This document shows, piece by piece, positions 62,845 to 64,000 of a stretch of 64,000 bases of DNA (position 1 is the first letter of the stretch; each line of letters opens with the position of its first letter). The notes beneath the pieces were generated by a model that saw nothing but the letters and a program-made list of their open reading frames with translations, had not been told where the DNA came from and made no database searches. The DNA is taken from assembly GCA_965214225.1 (NCBI GenBank), contig OZ243942.1, positions 712,298 to 776,297 on the forward strand. The letters run 5' to 3'. The DNA is from Polyangiales bacterium (GTDB lineage: Bacteria; Myxococcota_A; Polyangia; Polyangiales; CBDCBC01). The position numbers and the translations under genes are program-made.

Positions 62845-63336
62845 TCCCACAAAGTCAGAGAGTGGCTTTCTATCAACCTGGGAGAGTCCAAGTGGCTTGA
62901 GCGGGATACCGGGTCGGTTTCTCCAGGCGTCGTATCCCTACATGCGCGCTCACGGGAAGATGGAACCTGCTTGCGTCGACCGCTGCGGGCCGCGCTTCGG
63001 GGTGCAGCTGAGCGCACTCGCCGTCGAAGGCACGGGCGATGCGCCCTTGCCGAGCGATGCGGAGTACCTGCAGCACCTCACCTCCGAGGCCTGAGGGTGG
63101 GTAAGGGCGCGCTTTGATGAGGCGCAACCAGCGCAGAAAACCCAAACGGCGCGCAGACGCGCATTCCCCTCAGTACGGCGAGAGCCGAACTTGCGCTTCC
63201 ACCCCACTCCAAGATCCGGAGGATCCTCCCTTTGTAAAGGTTGCTTTACAAAGGGAGGACGCGGCTTCGCGCGACAGAGCTGACGCGCCGCCCCCGCCCA
63301 GTCCCCCTCCTACGGAACCGCCCGCGAATCCTATAG

Positions 63337-63999
63337 CTACGGTGTGACGGAGGTGGAATGCTGGAACGACGCCAGGATGTTCCTGGCGGCCTGAGTCTCA
63401 AGATCATCATCGGACATACCCGGTTCAAGCCCCTCCACCCACCTGTTCGGGTCTAGACGGACGTGGACGGTGACCTCATCCGGTGTTCCCCTTAGTTCGA
63501 GCGGTTGCTGCTCGCCCGTCTGGTCGACGAGGTCTGCAAAAACGCGGAGACGCAGGTCGGACGCGATGAGAAACTCCTGCCAGTCCACCTTGTTGGAAGT
63601 CCAACGTCCTTCGACGAGGAAGGTCTTGCCAATCATCTCGGTTGCAACAGCCTCTGCATAGTCTCGGGTTGCAGGGGCGACGTCCGCTTGCACCTGGCAA
63701 TACGCATCGGGCGCTGGCCGAATATTGCGCCACGCTTTTCTGCTGAGAGAGAGCGCGTCGAGCACTTCCTCCGTGCGCGCCTCATGCTCTGGCGGAACGT
63801 GGGCCCGCGCAACAGAACGGGTCAGAAGGAGGAGACGGCGCACATTGAATGGCACAGGCGTGTCTGCGCAATCCACAACACCCAGACTTCTTAGACTTAG
63901 CTGCGCACGTTTCAGCTCAAGCGTAATGCCGCGGTCGTTCGTTACGGGTCCCGTAAGAGGAGCAGCATCGAGCGCCAAGGAGAGAGATGTGCGGAAGTC
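63337..63999 (-). CDS. hypothetical protein (5' end outside window)
   Basis: The frame stays open to the window edge (no stop upstream of the TTG at 63978). Coding-like composition. No family recognised. Confidence 0.45.
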   Translation of the reverse strand, partial: DFRTSLSLALDAAPLTGPVTNDRGITLELKRAQLSLRSLGVVDCADTPVPFNVRRLLLLTRSVARAHVPPEHEARTEEVLDALSLSRKAWRNIRPAPDAYCQVQADVAPATRDYAEAVATEMIGKTFLVEGRWTSNKVDWQEFLIASDLRLRVFADLVDQTGEQQPLELRGTPDEVTVHVRLDPNRWVEGLEPGMSDDDLETQAARNILASFQHSTSVTP

Positions 64000-64000
64000 G

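Overview
GC-rich bacterial chromosomal segment (roughly 60% GC by eye, not computed). Gene content points to a Myxococcota/Bradymonadia-like deltaproteobacterial lineage: sigma-54, several PilZ/TIGR02266-type paralogs, myxo-style OM beta-barrel proteins, Ku/LigD, and imuA-imuB without dnaE2. This assignment is an inference. About 55 protein genes are supported, mostly core: pdxA, argC, rpsI-rplM, plsB, rapZ, rpoN, an ABC-F ATPase, apt, cls, ku, ligD, prfC, a DprE1/DprE2-like pair, a 1-Cys peroxiredoxin and valS. There is no rRNA, no intact tRNA and no CRISPR array. The right-hand ~7 kb (57.0-64.0 kb) is accessory. It holds a vapBC-type toxin-antitoxin pair bracketed by ~170-bp direct repeats, a defective ISAs1-family element, a lipoprotein gene, a 45-nt 3' fragment of tRNA-fMet that looks like an island att site, and several degraded or unknown ORFs. 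I found no recognisable novel multi-gene system such as a defence island. The most unusual signals are non-genic or concern gene arrangement. (1) A 3-copy, 176-bp hairpin MITE family, each copy flanked by a perfect 9-bp target-site duplication. (2) More than a dozen sequence-unrelated short tandem arrays whose period clusters at 17-18 bp; many start at or within a few nt of a stop codon, and two lie in-frame inside ku and ligD. (3) A 2 x 273-bp tandem element with conserved perfect hairpins. (4) An AT-richer block carrying two PilZ paralogs plus a LexA-box-preceded imuA-imuB cassette lacking dnaE2. (5) A GGQ (RF-1 domain) gene translationally coupled to ligD and divergent from ku. All family assignments rest on motif recognition by eye; no database search was possible.
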